Below, piece by piece: positions 10,106 through 19,924 of a DNA stretch of 64,000 bases. The first letter of the stretch is position 1. Each line of letters begins with the position of its first letter. Location: positions 20,220-84,219 of the forward strand of contig JAJXZE010000002.1 of NCBI GenBank assembly GCA_021780195.1, given 5' to 3'. The DNA comes from a bacterium (GTDB lineage: Bacteria; Patescibacteriota; Minisyncoccia; UBA6257; 2-01-FULL-56-20). The notes beneath the pieces are model-generated. The model worked only from the letters and a program-made list of their open reading frames with translations. It searched no databases and had not been told where the DNA came from. The translations under genes were made by a program, and so were the position numbers.

Positions 10106-11455
10106 GCTCTTATAAAGAATATCCTTTATGGTTAATATCTTCTGGTTGAGCGCGGGATTCTTGTTCACCTCCTGGTTGATTTTCTCGTAGGAGTGGATGG
10201 CGGTAGTGTGGTCCCTCCCCATCTTTTCCCCAATGTACGGGTAGGAAAGTTCGGAAATTTCACGGAGGAGATACATCGCGATCTGCCGCGGCTCCACAAT
10301 TTCCTTCCGGCGGTTATGGCTTACCAGGTCTTCGATGGAAACATTGAAGAATTCAGCGACTGCCTTCAATATTTGGGCGTCCCCGACCCTCTTGGACAGG
10401 TTCTTCGTCGATTTGTCGATGATCTCCTCCGCAAGCGCCATGGTGATCTCGGTGTGTCCGGTTTCCTGGAGGAAGAGGAGCTTTTTCAGAACCCCCTCGA
10501 GCTCGCGGATGTTCTTCCTGAGGCGCCTCGCGAGAAGGTCCACCACGTTGTCATCGATGTTGCGTCCAGCCTCGGAAAGCCTGCTCCGTATGATGGCGAC
10601 GCGCATTTCGTACTCCGGGTATCCGATGTCGGCCACAAACCCTCCTTCAAAACGCGAACGGAGGCGTTCCTCAAGGGTGGGGAGAGACTGCGGCGGCCGG
10701 TCGGAGGAAATAATGATCTGCTTGTTTGCCTCGTAAAGGGCGTTGAAGGTATGAAAGAATTCCTCCTCCGTTTTTTCCTTCCCGCCGATGAATTGGATGT
10801 CGTCGATGATGAGTACGTCGGCGTCGCGATATTTTTTCTTCACGCTCTCGATCCGGTCGTTGCGGAGCCCCCACACCACCTCCCTTGTGAACTGTTCCGA
10901 GGGGACGTATTTCGGCTTTATCTTTTTCTGATAGCGCGAGACGATCTCATTTCCCACCGCCTGGATGAGGTGCGTCTTGCCGAGGCCCACGCCGCCATAA
11001 ATGAAGAATGGATTATATTTCCCGATCACTTCCGTGATCGCCTTCGCGGCCGCGAAGGCGAGTTCGTTCGAGGGGCCGACCACAAAGGTGGAAAAGGTGT
11101 AGCGGGGGTTGAGGTTGGTCTCCGGATCCGCCCTCCCGAGATCGAGTTCGCCGGCCCCGAGCTCGCCGAGCTCCTTCGATGACGCCGCGGCCTTCTGCGG
11201 CGCAGGCATCTGGGAGTTGATGACGAACTCAACCTTCTTCACGGAGTTTTCTTTGTTGCGGAGGATGCCGAGAATGTTCTTGTGATACTTATCCTCAATC
11301 CAGGACTTCGCAAAATTGCTCGGCAGGGACACGTAGAGGGTGCCTTCGCGCCAGTCGATGGGCCGGCTCTCCTTCAGCCACATCGAAAAGTTGGCTTTCG
11401 TAAGTTGGATCTCCATCTCCCCGAGGGTTGATTGCCAAAGTTTTTCGAGATCCAT
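10103..11455 (-). CDS. dnaA: chromosomal replication initiator DnaA
   Basis: Walker [14 protein letters not shown]+ domain, and a C-terminal DnaA-box binding domain. Confidence 0.95.
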   Translation of the reverse strand: MDLEKLWQSTLGEMEIQLTKANFSMWLKESRPIDWREGTLYVSLPSNFAKSWIEDKYHKNILGILRNKENSVKKVEFVINSQMPAPQKAAASSKELGELGAGELDLGRADPETNLNPRYTFSTFVVGPSNELAFAAAKAITEVIGKYNPFFIYGGVGLGKTHLIQAVGNEIVSRYQKKIKPKYVPSEQFTREVVWGLRNDRIESVKKKYRDADVLIIDDIQFIGGKEKTEEEFFHTFNALYEANKQIIISSDRPPQSLPTLEERLRSRFEGGFVADIGYPEYEMRVAIIRSRLSEAGRNIDDNVVDLLARRLRKNIRELEGVLKKLLFLQETGHTEITMALAEEIIDKSTKNLSKRVGDAQILKAVAEFFNVSIEDLVSHNRRKEIVEPRQIAMYLLREISELSYPYIGEKMGRDHTTAIHSYEKINQEVNKNPALNQKILTIKDILYKS

Positions 11456-11622
11456 GTGCGGTGATGTTTATTATTAACTCTTACGCTCCCGCCGTCAAAG
11501 AGTCAAATGAAAGCGTTTGGGGACGGCATGGGTATAATCTGGGGATTCGGCGTCGCGGTAGCCCGCATCGCGCGAGCACGGGGCGCTGGCATATTTTTTT
11601 GCGGCATGATACTATCTTCTCA

Positions 11623-11757
11623 ATGTCGCAGACCTATAATCCCAAGAAGAAAAAGAGGCGGCGGACGCACGGGTTCCTCGCGCGCCAGGCAACTCCGGGA
11701 GGGAAGCGCGTGCTCGCGCGGCGCCGGGCGAAGGGACGCCGCCGACTCGCGGTCTGA
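11623..11757 (+). CDS. rpmH: 50S ribosomal protein L34
   Basis: Sequence [50 protein letters not shown] at 11538-11543. Confidence 0.9.
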   Translation: MSQTYNPKKKKRRRTHGFLARQATPGGKRVLARRRAKGRRRLAV

Positions 11758-11773
11758 CCCACGCGAAAGCCGC

Positions 11774-12106
11774 ATGACGACCGCGACGCGGGCGCGACTG
11801 CCGAGAGAGGCGTTCAGGGCGGGATGGGAAAAAACGATCGCCACCCCGTATTTTTTACTGAAGCGCCGGCGGAACGGCGGAACGCGGCGCCGGATCGGGG
11901 TCGTGATCGGTGTTGCGGCCGCGAAGACCGCGGCGCGGCGCAACTTCTGGAAGCGCCAGGCAAGGGAAGCACTTTCGGCCGCCATCCCGGCGAACAGGGC
12001 CGCGCCCGACGATCTTCTGCTCATTTTTTCGCCGAAAGTGTCCCGCATTACTAAAAAAGAATTCCGGAAAACAGTGGAGGGGGCGCTCTCCCGCATTGGC
12101 GCATAG
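11774..12106 (+). CDS. rnpA: ribonuclease P protein component
   Basis: Basic ~110 aa protein immediately after rpmH, in the conserved rpmH-rnpA-yidC order. Confidence 0.8.
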   Translation: MTTATRARLPREAFRAGWEKTIATPYFLLKRRRNGGTRRRIGVVIGVAAAKTAARRNFWKRQAREALSAAIPANRAAPDDLLLIFSPKVSRITKKEFRKTVEGALSRIGA

Positions 12107-12136
12107 CTCCACGGCAAATTTCACTGCAACAAAATC

Positions 12137-12853
12137 ATGAACATCTTCCAGGCGATCTTCTACCAGCCGATCCTCAATGCACTCATCTATTGCTACGAGA
12201 CGATCGCATTCCATAATTTCGGCATCGCCGTCGTCCTCATTACCGTGTTCATCAGGCTCGTGCTCTATCCCCTTTTCCATAAGAGCGCGAAACAGCAGAT
12301 GCTTCTCCAGCGTATCCAGCCGAAGATAAAAAAGATTCAGGAAACCCACAAGAAGGACAAGGAGAAACAGGCGCAGGCGCTTATGGAGCTTTATAAAGAG
12401 CACGGGGTGAACCCCTTCTCAAGCATGCTCCTTATCATCGTCCAGCTGCCCATCATGCTCGGGCTGTATTGGGTCGTGCGCGCGGGGCTTATCCCAGGGG
12501 AACTCACGGGGCTGTATTCCTTCGTGCCGCCGCCCGGGGCGATCAACCCACTGTTCCTCGGGATGGTGAACCTCGCCGGGCCGAGTATCGTTATCATTCT
12601 CCTTGCCGCGCTCGCGCAATATTTTCAGGCGCGGCTCGCCATTTATCGCGATCCCTCGAATACGTCGCCACTCTCCCCCGCGGAAAAGATGGCGCGACAG
12701 ATGGTGTTCATCGGCCCGCTCGTCACCATTTTTATTTTTTATGGGCTTCCTTCCGCCGTCGGCCTCTACTGGCTCACCTCGTCGCTCTTCTCGGTATTCC
12801 AGCAGATCATCATCAACCGCCGTTTCCGCCAGGGGGAGACCGCGGCGGTATAG
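12137..12853 (+). CDS. yidC: membrane protein insertase YidC (short form)
   Basis: Multiple TM segments and YidC/Oxa1 motifs. Conserved synteny. Confidence 0.85.
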   Translation: MNIFQAIFYQPILNALIYCYETIAFHNFGIAVVLITVFIRLVLYPLFHKSAKQQMLLQRIQPKIKKIQETHKKDKEKQAQALMELYKEHGVNPFSSMLLIIVQLPIMLGLYWVVRAGLIPGELTGLYSFVPPPGAINPLFLGMVNLAGPSIVIILLAALAQYFQARLAIYRDPSNTSPLSPAEKMARQMVFIGPLVTIFIFYGLPSAVGLYWLTSSLFSVFQQIIINRRFRQGETAAV

Positions 12854-12984
12854 AAGAAGTGTCGCGTTGATCCTTCTCTGCGCCTAGCGCGCGACGACCT
12901 TACGGACCGCGGGTCCGTACGAGGGTCGCGCGCATGGACCATGGCGCTTGATTTTACTCTGAAAATATGGAATAGTACGGAATA

Positions 12985-13491
12985 ATGAGCACCTGGGAAG
13001 AATTCGTAAAAAAATTGACGGAGTACATGGGCTTCCGCGACTACCGCGTGGAAGTGAAGCCGGAAGAAAAACACGGCGCCCTCTTTATTTACGACGGCGG
13101 AGATTTTCTGAAGGAGAACCTTCCCTCGGTCGTCGAGAGCATCAATCATCTTATCCAGATGATCGCCAAGAAGAACGGCGCGGAGATGCTTTTCTTCGAC
13201 GTGAACAATTACCGGCAGGAGCGGGAGAATCTCATCGGCGAACTCGCCCGCGCGGCGGCGAAAAAAGTGATGGCGACGAAGGGCGCGGTATCCCTGCCCG
13301 CGATGAATTCATACGAGCGCCGGCTTGTGCATATGGCGCTTGCGGTGCATCCTGAGGTGGCAACCGAGAGCGTGGGAGAAGGGAAGGAACGCTACGTGGT
13401 GATCAAGCTGATCGGCGCCAGTGCAAGCGCCGCCGCCGCGGAAGAAGAAGCAGAAGCGCGGGGCGTTACTGCCCCGAGCTTGCAGGAGTAA
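12985..13491 (+). CDS. jag: Jag/KhpB RNA-binding protein (KH + R3H)
   Basis: C-terminal R3H-like motif YERRLVHMAL. Follows yidC as is typical. Confidence 0.75.
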   Translation: MSTWEEFVKKLTEYMGFRDYRVEVKPEEKHGALFIYDGGDFLKENLPSVVESINHLIQMIAKKNGAEMLFFDVNNYRQERENLIGELARAAAKKVMATKGAVSLPAMNSYERRLVHMALAVHPEVATESVGEGKERYVVIKLIGASASAAAAEEEAEARGVTAPSLQE

Positions 13492-14821
13492 GCTGATAAA
13501 GTTCCTGATTGTATCGATTCACAAAATAGAGCGAACCATTGAAGACCTTCGGGTCCGAGACGTCGAGATTTTGATTTGTGTCGGTCATAAGAGCCGTCGC
13601 CGCGCCGGAGGCGGCATTGATGAGGTAAATATCGTCGGAGGTATAGAGCGCCATCTGGTCATAGGCGTCCGGAAGAGCGGCGGAGGAGAATGCCGCGGTA
13701 TCGCGCGGGATGCCGCAGTAAAGCGCGGGGTAGGTCGGCATGAGCGGCGGGGTCTTCTGCGCCGTTTTTTTATCTGTCGCGGCGGTCGTACCGGCGGTAG
13801 ATGACGTAGCGGTGGACGATGCGGACAAGTTCACGGGCGTCTCGCGCGCGATAGTAAAGGCGCACTTCGACGGCAGAGTCAGGAAATTCAATGCCTGCAT
13901 CGTAGCCCCCGCCGTGTCGTCGAGTGCGAGAGCGTACGCACCGGACGCGCTGCGGGAAAAGATGAGGCCGAGAGGAATGGTGGAACTGGTGGATCCGACC
14001 CAGATGCTCATAAGGCCGGGAGAGTCGAGTGCAATAGGACTAAGCGTCCCCTTCACGAGGTCGTAGACGAGCATCGGACCTCCCGCGTACGCCGTCGGCC
14101 TTCCGGAGAGGACGATTTGGGTGCCCGAGAGCCATTGAGGGACGAGATCCTGCGCGCGGAGCGTGAGGAGCGCCGTCGGAGCGCGGCCCGGGAGTGCCGC
14201 ATTCAGCGTGTAGAGCGTGGTCGAAGAGGCGCCCGCCATAAAGGCGATGCGTGAATTCGAGAGCGACCATGAGGGAGCGATCATGCCCGCGGGAAGCGGC
14301 GTCCATGTTTTATTGGCGACCGTGAAGATGCTCGATTGCGGATTGGTGCGCGCGCCGAAGTTTGCAAGAATCATTTTCCCGTCGTAGGAGAAGCGGGCGC
14401 TTATAATATCCTTGATCTCTATTGAGCTCAGGGAGGAGGTTTGGTTTCCCGCCGCGCCCGCCGTACCCGCCGCCACGGCGAGGATTGTGCCGTTCGGGCT
14501 GATGGCGGTGATGGTCCCCGACGCGTTTATGAAGTAGTCAAGGACAGGGGATGACGCGACCACGCTGAGGGTATTCACCGATCCCTGATTTGCGGCGCCG
14601 GGCATCAGGGCGCCGCCTCCCGATGAGCTTGCGGACGCCCCGGCGCCTCCCGTCGTGCCGGTTTGCGTGCCGCCTCCTCCAACGAAAGGAAGCGACCCCG
14701 TTACCGCTGCCGGAAGGTTTGTAAGCGAGCCGACATTCCCCTTAAAACCGAAGATGAAAACAAGGAAGCCGACACCTGCGAGGATTACGATGCCGAGAAT
14801 AATATAGATGAGGCGTTTCAT
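13466..14821 (-). CDS. membrane-anchored protein with G/S-rich linker and predicted beta-propeller-like (TolB-like) region; first gene-distal member of the T4SS-like operon
   Basis: N-terminal TM (IYIILGIVILAGVGFLVFIF) and repetitive beta-rich segments. The domain assignment is tentative. Confidence 0.5.
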   Translation of the reverse strand: MKRLIYIILGIVILAGVGFLVFIFGFKGNVGSLTNLPAAVTGSLPFVGGGGTQTGTTGGAGASASSSGGGALMPGAANQGSVNTLSVVASSPVLDYFINASGTITAISPNGTILAVAAGTAGAAGNQTSSLSSIEIKDIISARFSYDGKMILANFGARTNPQSSIFTVANKTWTPLPAGMIAPSWSLSNSRIAFMAGASSTTLYTLNAALPGRAPTALLTLRAQDLVPQWLSGTQIVLSGRPTAYAGGPMLVYDLVKGTLSPIALDSPGLMSIWVGSTSSTIPLGLIFSRSASGAYALALDDTAGATMQALNFLTLPSKCAFTIARETPVNLSASSTATSSTAGTTAATDKKTAQKTPPLMPTYPALYCGIPRDTAAFSSAALPDAYDQMALYTSDDIYLINAASGAATALMTDTNQNLDVSDPKVFNGSLYFVNRYNQELYQLTPASSGQ

Positions 14822-14830
14822 GGGTTTTTA

Positions 14831-15418
14831 TTAGAAGCATGCTTCCCATCCCGGGGTCGTGCCGGCATAGCCGCAGTAATGCGGCGGCGGACATACCGCG
14901 CCCGAGCCGGCGCAGGTTACCGTGGGCGAGTGGTCAGAAACAGGAGCCATAAAAGTGGTGGTTGGATGGCTAGAGGCGGGGGTAAGCGCCTGGGTGTTTG
15001 TGCCGGCATCGACGCTCACCGGCTGGAGATTCGGCAGGTTCAGGTTCAAGAGCGCCGGGTTGATAAGCTGAAGGATGAAGTAGGCGCCGCCGAGGAGAAG
15101 CAGACCAAGGAGGGCGGACTGGATCCACTCCTTCCCCTCGCTCTGGCCGGAAGGGTTGCCGGCGGCCGTCATATACTTCACACCTCCATAGACCACGACC
15201 CCGAAGGCAAGGAGACCGCTGATCATGAGGGAAAACTGGTAGAAGCCCGCGATGAAGGCGCCCGGGGAGCTTGTGGCGTTTGCGGGCATGCCGGGGAGAG
15301 AGGAGCTGATGTCAACGGGAGAGAGAGTTGCCGCGAATACGCGGAAAGGAACGGCGGCGAGCGGAGCCGCGAGCGCTAAGACGGAAAACGACGCGAAAAA
15401 TTTATAAATGCGGCGCAT
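14831..15418 (-). CDS. pilin-like (VirB2/TrbC-like) small membrane protein with Cys-rich C-terminal extension
   Basis: Signal peptide plus two hydrophobic helices, followed by TVTCAGSGAVCPPPHYCGYAGTTPGWEAC. Its position in the T4SS-like operon supports the call. Confidence 0.4.
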   Translation of the reverse strand: MRRIYKFFASFSVLALAAPLAAVPFRVFAATLSPVDISSSLPGMPANATSSPGAFIAGFYQFSLMISGLLAFGVVVYGGVKYMTAAGNPSGQSEGKEWIQSALLGLLLLGGAYFILQLINPALLNLNLPNLQPVSVDAGTNTQALTPASSHPTTTFMAPVSDHSPTVTCAGSGAVCPPPHYCGYAGTTPGWEACF

Positions 15419-16097
15419 AGGTAAGGTTCAGGGAGCCGGCCCCGGAGGTCGAGTCGCCTGGATTCGTGATAGTGAGCCCTACCGAAAGAACGGTGCCGGC
15501 GGCGGTCGACGCCGGAAGATTGATATTCGCGGTCTGCGGGTTTTCCGCGCTCGCCCCCGCCTGTCCGTTTACGGACCAGGCATAAGAAAGAGAAGAGGCG
15601 GAAGCGGTATTGAAGAAATAAGGAAGCGCGGAAACCGAAACGGGATTCGCCGCGGCCTGCCCGTTCGGGTAGGGGGCGTTAATGACCGCGACGGGGCTCA
15701 CGAACGGGATGGTTATGTCGTGGGAAAGATACGCACCCTGGTAGCTCGGGAGGGTCACGTTGAGGGTAAGCGATGAGGGAGGGCTGTTGAATGGAGGGAA
15801 TGATACGGTCTGCACCCCGAGACCACCCCCGATCAGGACGTCATTCAGATACCAGTATATGGTCTGGTAGCGGAGATCCACGGGCTTTCCTCCCAAAAGG
15901 AGTTCAAGCGAAGCCGTGATCGTGGAGCCGTACGTGGGGAGCGCCTTGTCGGGATACGCGGCGGGGACATAACTCCCGGAGGTTTTCCACGTGACAAGAA
16001 ACTGCGGTGCGGTCGTCTGCGCGCGAACCGTTCCCGCGGTTGCGGCGGCACCGACGGCGAGAATAAGGATGGCAACGGTAATAGCGAAGCCCTTCAT
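15402..16097 (-). CDS. secreted hypothetical protein (signal peptide MKGFAITVAILILAVGAAATAG)
   Basis: ORF inside the operon. The start at 16097 has an AAGGGG ribosome-binding site. Confidence 0.5.
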   Translation of the reverse strand: MKGFAITVAILILAVGAAATAGTVRAQTTAPQFLVTWKTSGSYVPAAYPDKALPTYGSTITASLELLLGGKPVDLRYQTIYWYLNDVLIGGGLGVQTVSFPPFNSPPSSLTLNVTLPSYQGAYLSHDITIPFVSPVAVINAPYPNGQAAANPVSVSALPYFFNTASASSLSYAWSVNGQAGASAENPQTANINLPASTAAGTVLSVGLTITNPGDSTSGAGSLNLTYAPHL

Positions 16098-16116
16098 CCC
16101 CTTAAGGATACCATTT

Positions 16117-16866
16117 TTACGCCGCCCGCGCCTCGTCATCTTCCTCTTCCGTATCCGTGCTCGGGCTGGGGAATGCGCGCATATTGTCATGCTCCCCCTC
16201 TAAGTCGGGCGCGCCCAATGGTTCTTTGGTGAGGGCTTCCGCTTCTTCCTCGGGGGTTTCCGGTGAGCCGAGCGCTTTTTCCTCCTCCCGTTCTCTCTCT
16301 GCGTCCTCCGTGGCCCTCCCGCCACCGGAGTCCTTCCCCGCGCCGGCGTCGGATTCCGTCCCTGCCCCGCCGCCCGCGCCTTCCGCAGATGCTCCCCGCT
16401 CGCCGGCGCCGGCTCCCGTTTTCACTCCCGCCGCACCGCCCGCTTCTTTTCCGGCGCTTTGCGCGAGATTCTTTTCTGCCCCTGCCGCTCCCTCAAGTGC
16501 CTCGCCCTCTCCTCCGGTGGTCACCGTTTCGGCGACCTTCTCAAGCTTCGGATTGTTGGTGAGGACCATAATCGTGATGACTGCCGCGGCAAGTCCGACA
16601 GGGACCCCAATGAGGTCAAGAACACCGCCGACCGTGGTCCAGAGGCTTACCATTCCAAGGGCGCCAAGCTTCATCACGAACCAGGCGATGAAGATCCCCG
16701 CGATGATGAGGGTGTAGAACTCGGAGCCGAAGAAGATCACCTGTCCGAGCCCGGGGATGGCAAACGAGAGGTCGCTTACGGTCTTCACTGCGGCCTCGGA
16801 AGCAAGAAGCAGGCCCGCCATCACCATGTCGACCGCCGTGAATTTCTTTGCGCCAGCTTCGTCCAT
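16117..16866 (-). CDS. membrane protein with 3-4 TM helices and a disordered G/A/E-rich acidic C-terminus
   Basis: Hydrophobic segments and a low-complexity tail. Tightly packed immediately downstream of VirB4. Confidence 0.5.
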   Translation of the reverse strand: MDEAGAKKFTAVDMVMAGLLLASEAAVKTVSDLSFAIPGLGQVIFFGSEFYTLIIAGIFIAWFVMKLGALGMVSLWTTVGGVLDLIGVPVGLAAAVITIMVLTNNPKLEKVAETVTTGGEGEALEGAAGAEKNLAQSAGKEAGGAAGVKTGAGAGERGASAEGAGGGAGTESDAGAGKDSGGGRATEDAEREREEEKALGSPETPEEEAEALTKEPLGAPDLEGEHDNMRAFPSPSTDTEEEDDEARAA

Positions 16867-16872
16867 GCGCGC

Positions 16873-18609
16873 CTAGAGGTCCGCCTTCTCCTGCAGGAGC
16901 TGTTCAGGGTTCGTCGTGATGATCTGGTCCTCGAAGTACGACGGCACGATCTGCATCGCGACGTGCCGCTTTCCCGCGAAGAAGATGCCGGTGCCCACCT
17001 CGGCGCCGAGGAGGAAGTTCTTCTCGGCATCCGTGAGGTCGAAAGCCTTCGCCACGATGTCGATCGTCGCGGGCGCCTGCTTAAGGAGGAGCTGGAGCGA
17101 CGAGTTCGTGATGATCGGACGGCCGTACGGCGAGCGGAGGAAGTCCTCCACGTCCTGGGTGATTGTGGACACGCCGAGGAAGTATTTGCGCGCGCGCTTC
17201 ACGAGGCCGAAAAGGAAGGTGGCGGAGTCGTCGTTCTTCATCATGATCCACGCCTCGTCGATGAAGAGCAGGCGCTTGGCGAGCTTCGCGCGGATAAGAT
17301 TCCAGATGTAGTTCAGGATCACAAACATGCCGATCGGGCGGAGTTCCTCCTCGAGGTCTCGGATGGAGAAGACGATGAGGCGGTTCGACATGTCGATGTT
17401 CGTCGGCTGGTTGAGGAACCCCGAGAAGCTTCCCTGGGTGTATTTATAGAGCTTTTCCGCAAGGTCGTGTCCGCCCTCTAGGCTTCGAAGTACCGTCTCG
17501 AGGTCGCCCAAGACCGGGGGCTCCTTGCCCGCGAAATCCGCCATGCCCGGGACGATCTCGCGGGAGGCGTAGGTTTCCGTGATCGCGCGGTCGAGGAGCG
17601 CGTCCTCCTCGGGCGTGATCTTGCCGAGCATGAGCTTGAGAAGGCTCGCCAGGTTCACAATGTGGGAGCGGAGCACGTCCGACGGCGCCTCCCCCTCCGG
17701 GATGAGCGGGATGTCGAACGGATTGATGTGTTCGTGCGAAGAAAGCGAGATATTAAACATACTGCCGCCGAAAGTGCTCGCGAGGCGTTCGTATTCGTTC
17801 TCGGGGTCGATCACGATGACGGCCTCGACCCCTTCCATGAGCGAGCGGATGATCTCGAGCTTCGTGGCGTACGACTTGCCGGAGCCGGACTTCGCAAAGA
17901 CCACCTGGTTCGCGTTCTCAAGGGAGAAGCGGTCGAAGATCACAAGATTATTGTTGCTCAGATTCACGCCGTACATGATGCCCTCGTTCGACGAAAGATC
18001 CTCCGAGACGAACGGGAAGAAGGAAGAGATCGGGCCCGTATCCATCGGTGTGTAGATCTGGAGCCGGTCGTCGTTCAGGGGGAGGGCCGACATGAGCCCC
18101 TCGAGCTGTTCGAAGAGCGCGGGCTTCATATAGATGAGCTTCGCCTCCATCATGGTCACGATCTTACTCTCGAGCTTCGCGAGCTCTTCCGCGCGGTCGG
18201 CGTAGATCGTGACGTAGACGCCGGTGTCAAAAAGCTTTTCCTCCGACTGCTGGAGCGCGTCGCGGAGGTTTTCGACGTCGCGGATGGCGGTCTCGAGCAC
18301 CGGGTTTCTCACGAGGCCTTTCTCCTGTTCGTCGTTCATCTGCGACTCGAGCTGGCCGGCCTTCTTGCGGAGATTCTTGAGCGCGGTGCCCGTGTCCACG
18401 GGATTCACGAAGATGGAAACGTCGAAAAGATTCGGGAGGTTAATGAGCGACTCGAACCATCCCGTCGAAAGATAGCGGGGATAGGAGAAGACGAAGAAGG
18501 TCTTGGCGATCTTATCCCCAATCTTCAGGGAATTCGCCGTAACCTCGGCGCCCGAAGGCGCGATGATCTTCTTGATGTCCTTGAAATTGTCGGCGGTTTC
18601 TTCCGGCAT
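16873..18609 (-). CDS. VirB4/TrbE/CagE-family T4SS ATPase, C-terminal ATPase part
   Basis: Walker A AKSGSGKSYATK and a VirB4 C-terminal domain pattern. A 4-nt ATGA overlap with the upstream ORF. Confidence 0.85.
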   Translation of the reverse strand: MPEETADNFKDIKKIIAPSGAEVTANSLKIGDKIAKTFFVFSYPRYLSTGWFESLINLPNLFDVSIFVNPVDTGTALKNLRKKAGQLESQMNDEQEKGLVRNPVLETAIRDVENLRDALQQSEEKLFDTGVYVTIYADRAEELAKLESKIVTMMEAKLIYMKPALFEQLEGLMSALPLNDDRLQIYTPMDTGPISSFFPFVSEDLSSNEGIMYGVNLSNNNLVIFDRFSLENANQVVFAKSGSGKSYATKLEIIRSLMEGVEAVIVIDPENEYERLASTFGGSMFNISLSSHEHINPFDIPLIPEGEAPSDVLRSHIVNLASLLKLMLGKITPEEDALLDRAITETYASREIVPGMADFAGKEPPVLGDLETVLRSLEGGHDLAEKLYKYTQGSFSGFLNQPTNIDMSNRLIVFSIRDLEEELRPIGMFVILNYIWNLIRAKLAKRLLFIDEAWIMMKNDDSATFLFGLVKRARKYFLGVSTITQDVEDFLRSPYGRPIITNSSLQLLLKQAPATIDIVAKAFDLTDAEKNFLLGAEVGTGIFFAGKRHVAMQIVPSYFEDQIITTNPEQLLQEKADL

Positions 18610-18611
18610 GG

Positions 18612-19328
18612 TTATTGGTCGGCCTGCTCCCGGGACACTTTCTGCTCTTGGGGTACGGGGATGCCCTCCCGCTCGACGGTTTGCGGGTTGTAGAAATTAT
18701 AGAAAAGTTCGACGAGGGCATCATCCTCAAGGACGGTGGCCTCGAGACCCGTGACGACGAGCCCATTCAAAACCTGGGCGGTGCGCTGGTTGAGCTGGGA
18801 GAGGTTTTCCTGGAATATACGCTCCGTTTCCTCGTCCCCTTTTGCCTTCTGCGCTTCCGCGGACCCTTTTTTCTTCCCGCCGAAGAAGGAGAATATCCCT
18901 CCCGCGGTTTTCTGCACCGAAAGGGTGGCGGGATAGAACGGCACGACCACGAGGAACGTCTTCTCCATGATCGCATTCTTCTCCACGAAGCCTCTGATGA
19001 AGGCGATATATTCGTCGATCTGGCTCTGGAGGAGCGCGGACTGCTCCCCGTTCTTCCGGGAAGTGAGCGTCGCGATATATTTGTCGATGTTCACCTTGCG
19101 CGAATGAATGACGATCTGAAGCGGGAAATCGATGCCGTTCAGGAACGATTGATACCCCTGAGTGATGATCTCCTGCTCCGTTTCCGACTTGAGGGCGAAG
19201 TTCACCCCGCCCACCATGACGATCTGCCGGAAACTGCCGTCCTTCAGGATGACGGTGCGGTCGCGGATCGACTCGATATTCACAAGGTCGAGCGAATTGC
19301 CGAGGTCATTTTTTGAGGGGAGCGCCAT
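18612..19328 (-). CDS. VirB4 N-terminal domain encoded as a separate ORF (split VirB4)
   Basis: MALPSKNDLGNSLDLVNIESIRDRTVILKDGSF...QIVIHS resembles the VirB4/CagE N-terminal domain. The called ORF extends upstream to 19724, but the realistic start is the ATG at 19328. Confidence 0.55.
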   Translation of the reverse strand: MALPSKNDLGNSLDLVNIESIRDRTVILKDGSFRQIVMVGGVNFALKSETEQEIITQGYQSFLNGIDFPLQIVIHSRKVNIDKYIATLTSRKNGEQSALLQSQIDEYIAFIRGFVEKNAIMEKTFLVVVPFYPATLSVQKTAGGIFSFFGGKKKGSAEAQKAKGDEETERIFQENLSQLNQRTAQVLNGLVVTGLEATVLEDDALVELFYNFYNPQTVEREGIPVPQEQKVSREQADQ

Positions 19329-19354
19329 AGGATTATTTTCCCATAATTTTACGC

Positions 19355-19852
19355 CTACCGGTAGTCCACGCGGCGCGCGGCATTGCGGTCGCCGCTCCGT
19401 TCGCGGAATATCTGGTAGCGCTGGGACATTTTTTGCTCGACGAATTGCTTGTCGGACTCCTTTTGGCCCGTCTGCACCGCGGTCCACGCCTTGTGGAGCG
19501 CCATGCCCTGGGCGATGGCTTCGAGCCGGCCGCCGCCCGCCCGTTCGGGAGTTTTTTGCTGGGGCAGTGCGTGGTGCTCTGCTTTCCAGACGTAGGCCTG
19601 TGGCTGCCAGTAGAAATGGAAGGCCGCGGAGAGCACCTTGGCGAACGGCCGGCCGTTGACCTTCACGAATGCGAGCGCGGCGGCTCCGCCGAGGATAAGG
19701 ACCGTAAGAATGAACCAGAGCCACGTTTGGAGCATGAAGTAAAGAAGGGCGCTTGCCCCCGCGCCGACCCCCACGTAAACGAACTGCCGGAGCGTGAGGG
19801 GCCCGACGAGCTTGTCTTCGGTCTCGATGAACTGCGGGACCTGGAATTGCAT
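19355..19852 (-). CDS. PrgI-family (VirB3-like) T4SS membrane protein
   Basis: MQFQVPQFIETEDKLVGPLTLRQF followed by two TM helices, matching the PrgI family signature (PF12666-like). Confidence 0.6.
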   Translation of the reverse strand: MQFQVPQFIETEDKLVGPLTLRQFVYVGVGAGASALLYFMLQTWLWFILTVLILGGAAALAFVKVNGRPFAKVLSAAFHFYWQPQAYVWKAEHHALPQQKTPERAGGGRLEAIAQGMALHKAWTAVQTGQKESDKQFVEQKMSQRYQIFRERSGDRNAARRVDYR

Positions 19853-19924
19853 GTCCTTATTATAGAGCGGAATATCATAAAGCCGAAGCCCCTCGCGGGA
19901 CGAGGGGCGGACATGATCGTGTGT

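Noticed and set aside
16157-16717. Plus-strand ORFs 16157-16717 and 16263-16562 within the membrane-protein gene
   Set aside because: They are antisense to the G/A/E-rich low-complexity tail of 16117-16866 and are Pro/Ser/Ala-rich artefacts.
18612-19724. 130-aa N-terminal extension of the VirB4 N-domain ORF (19329-19724)
   Set aside because: It is an Arg/Pro/Gly-rich GC-frame artefact that overlaps the PrgI-like gene. The start was reassigned to 19328.
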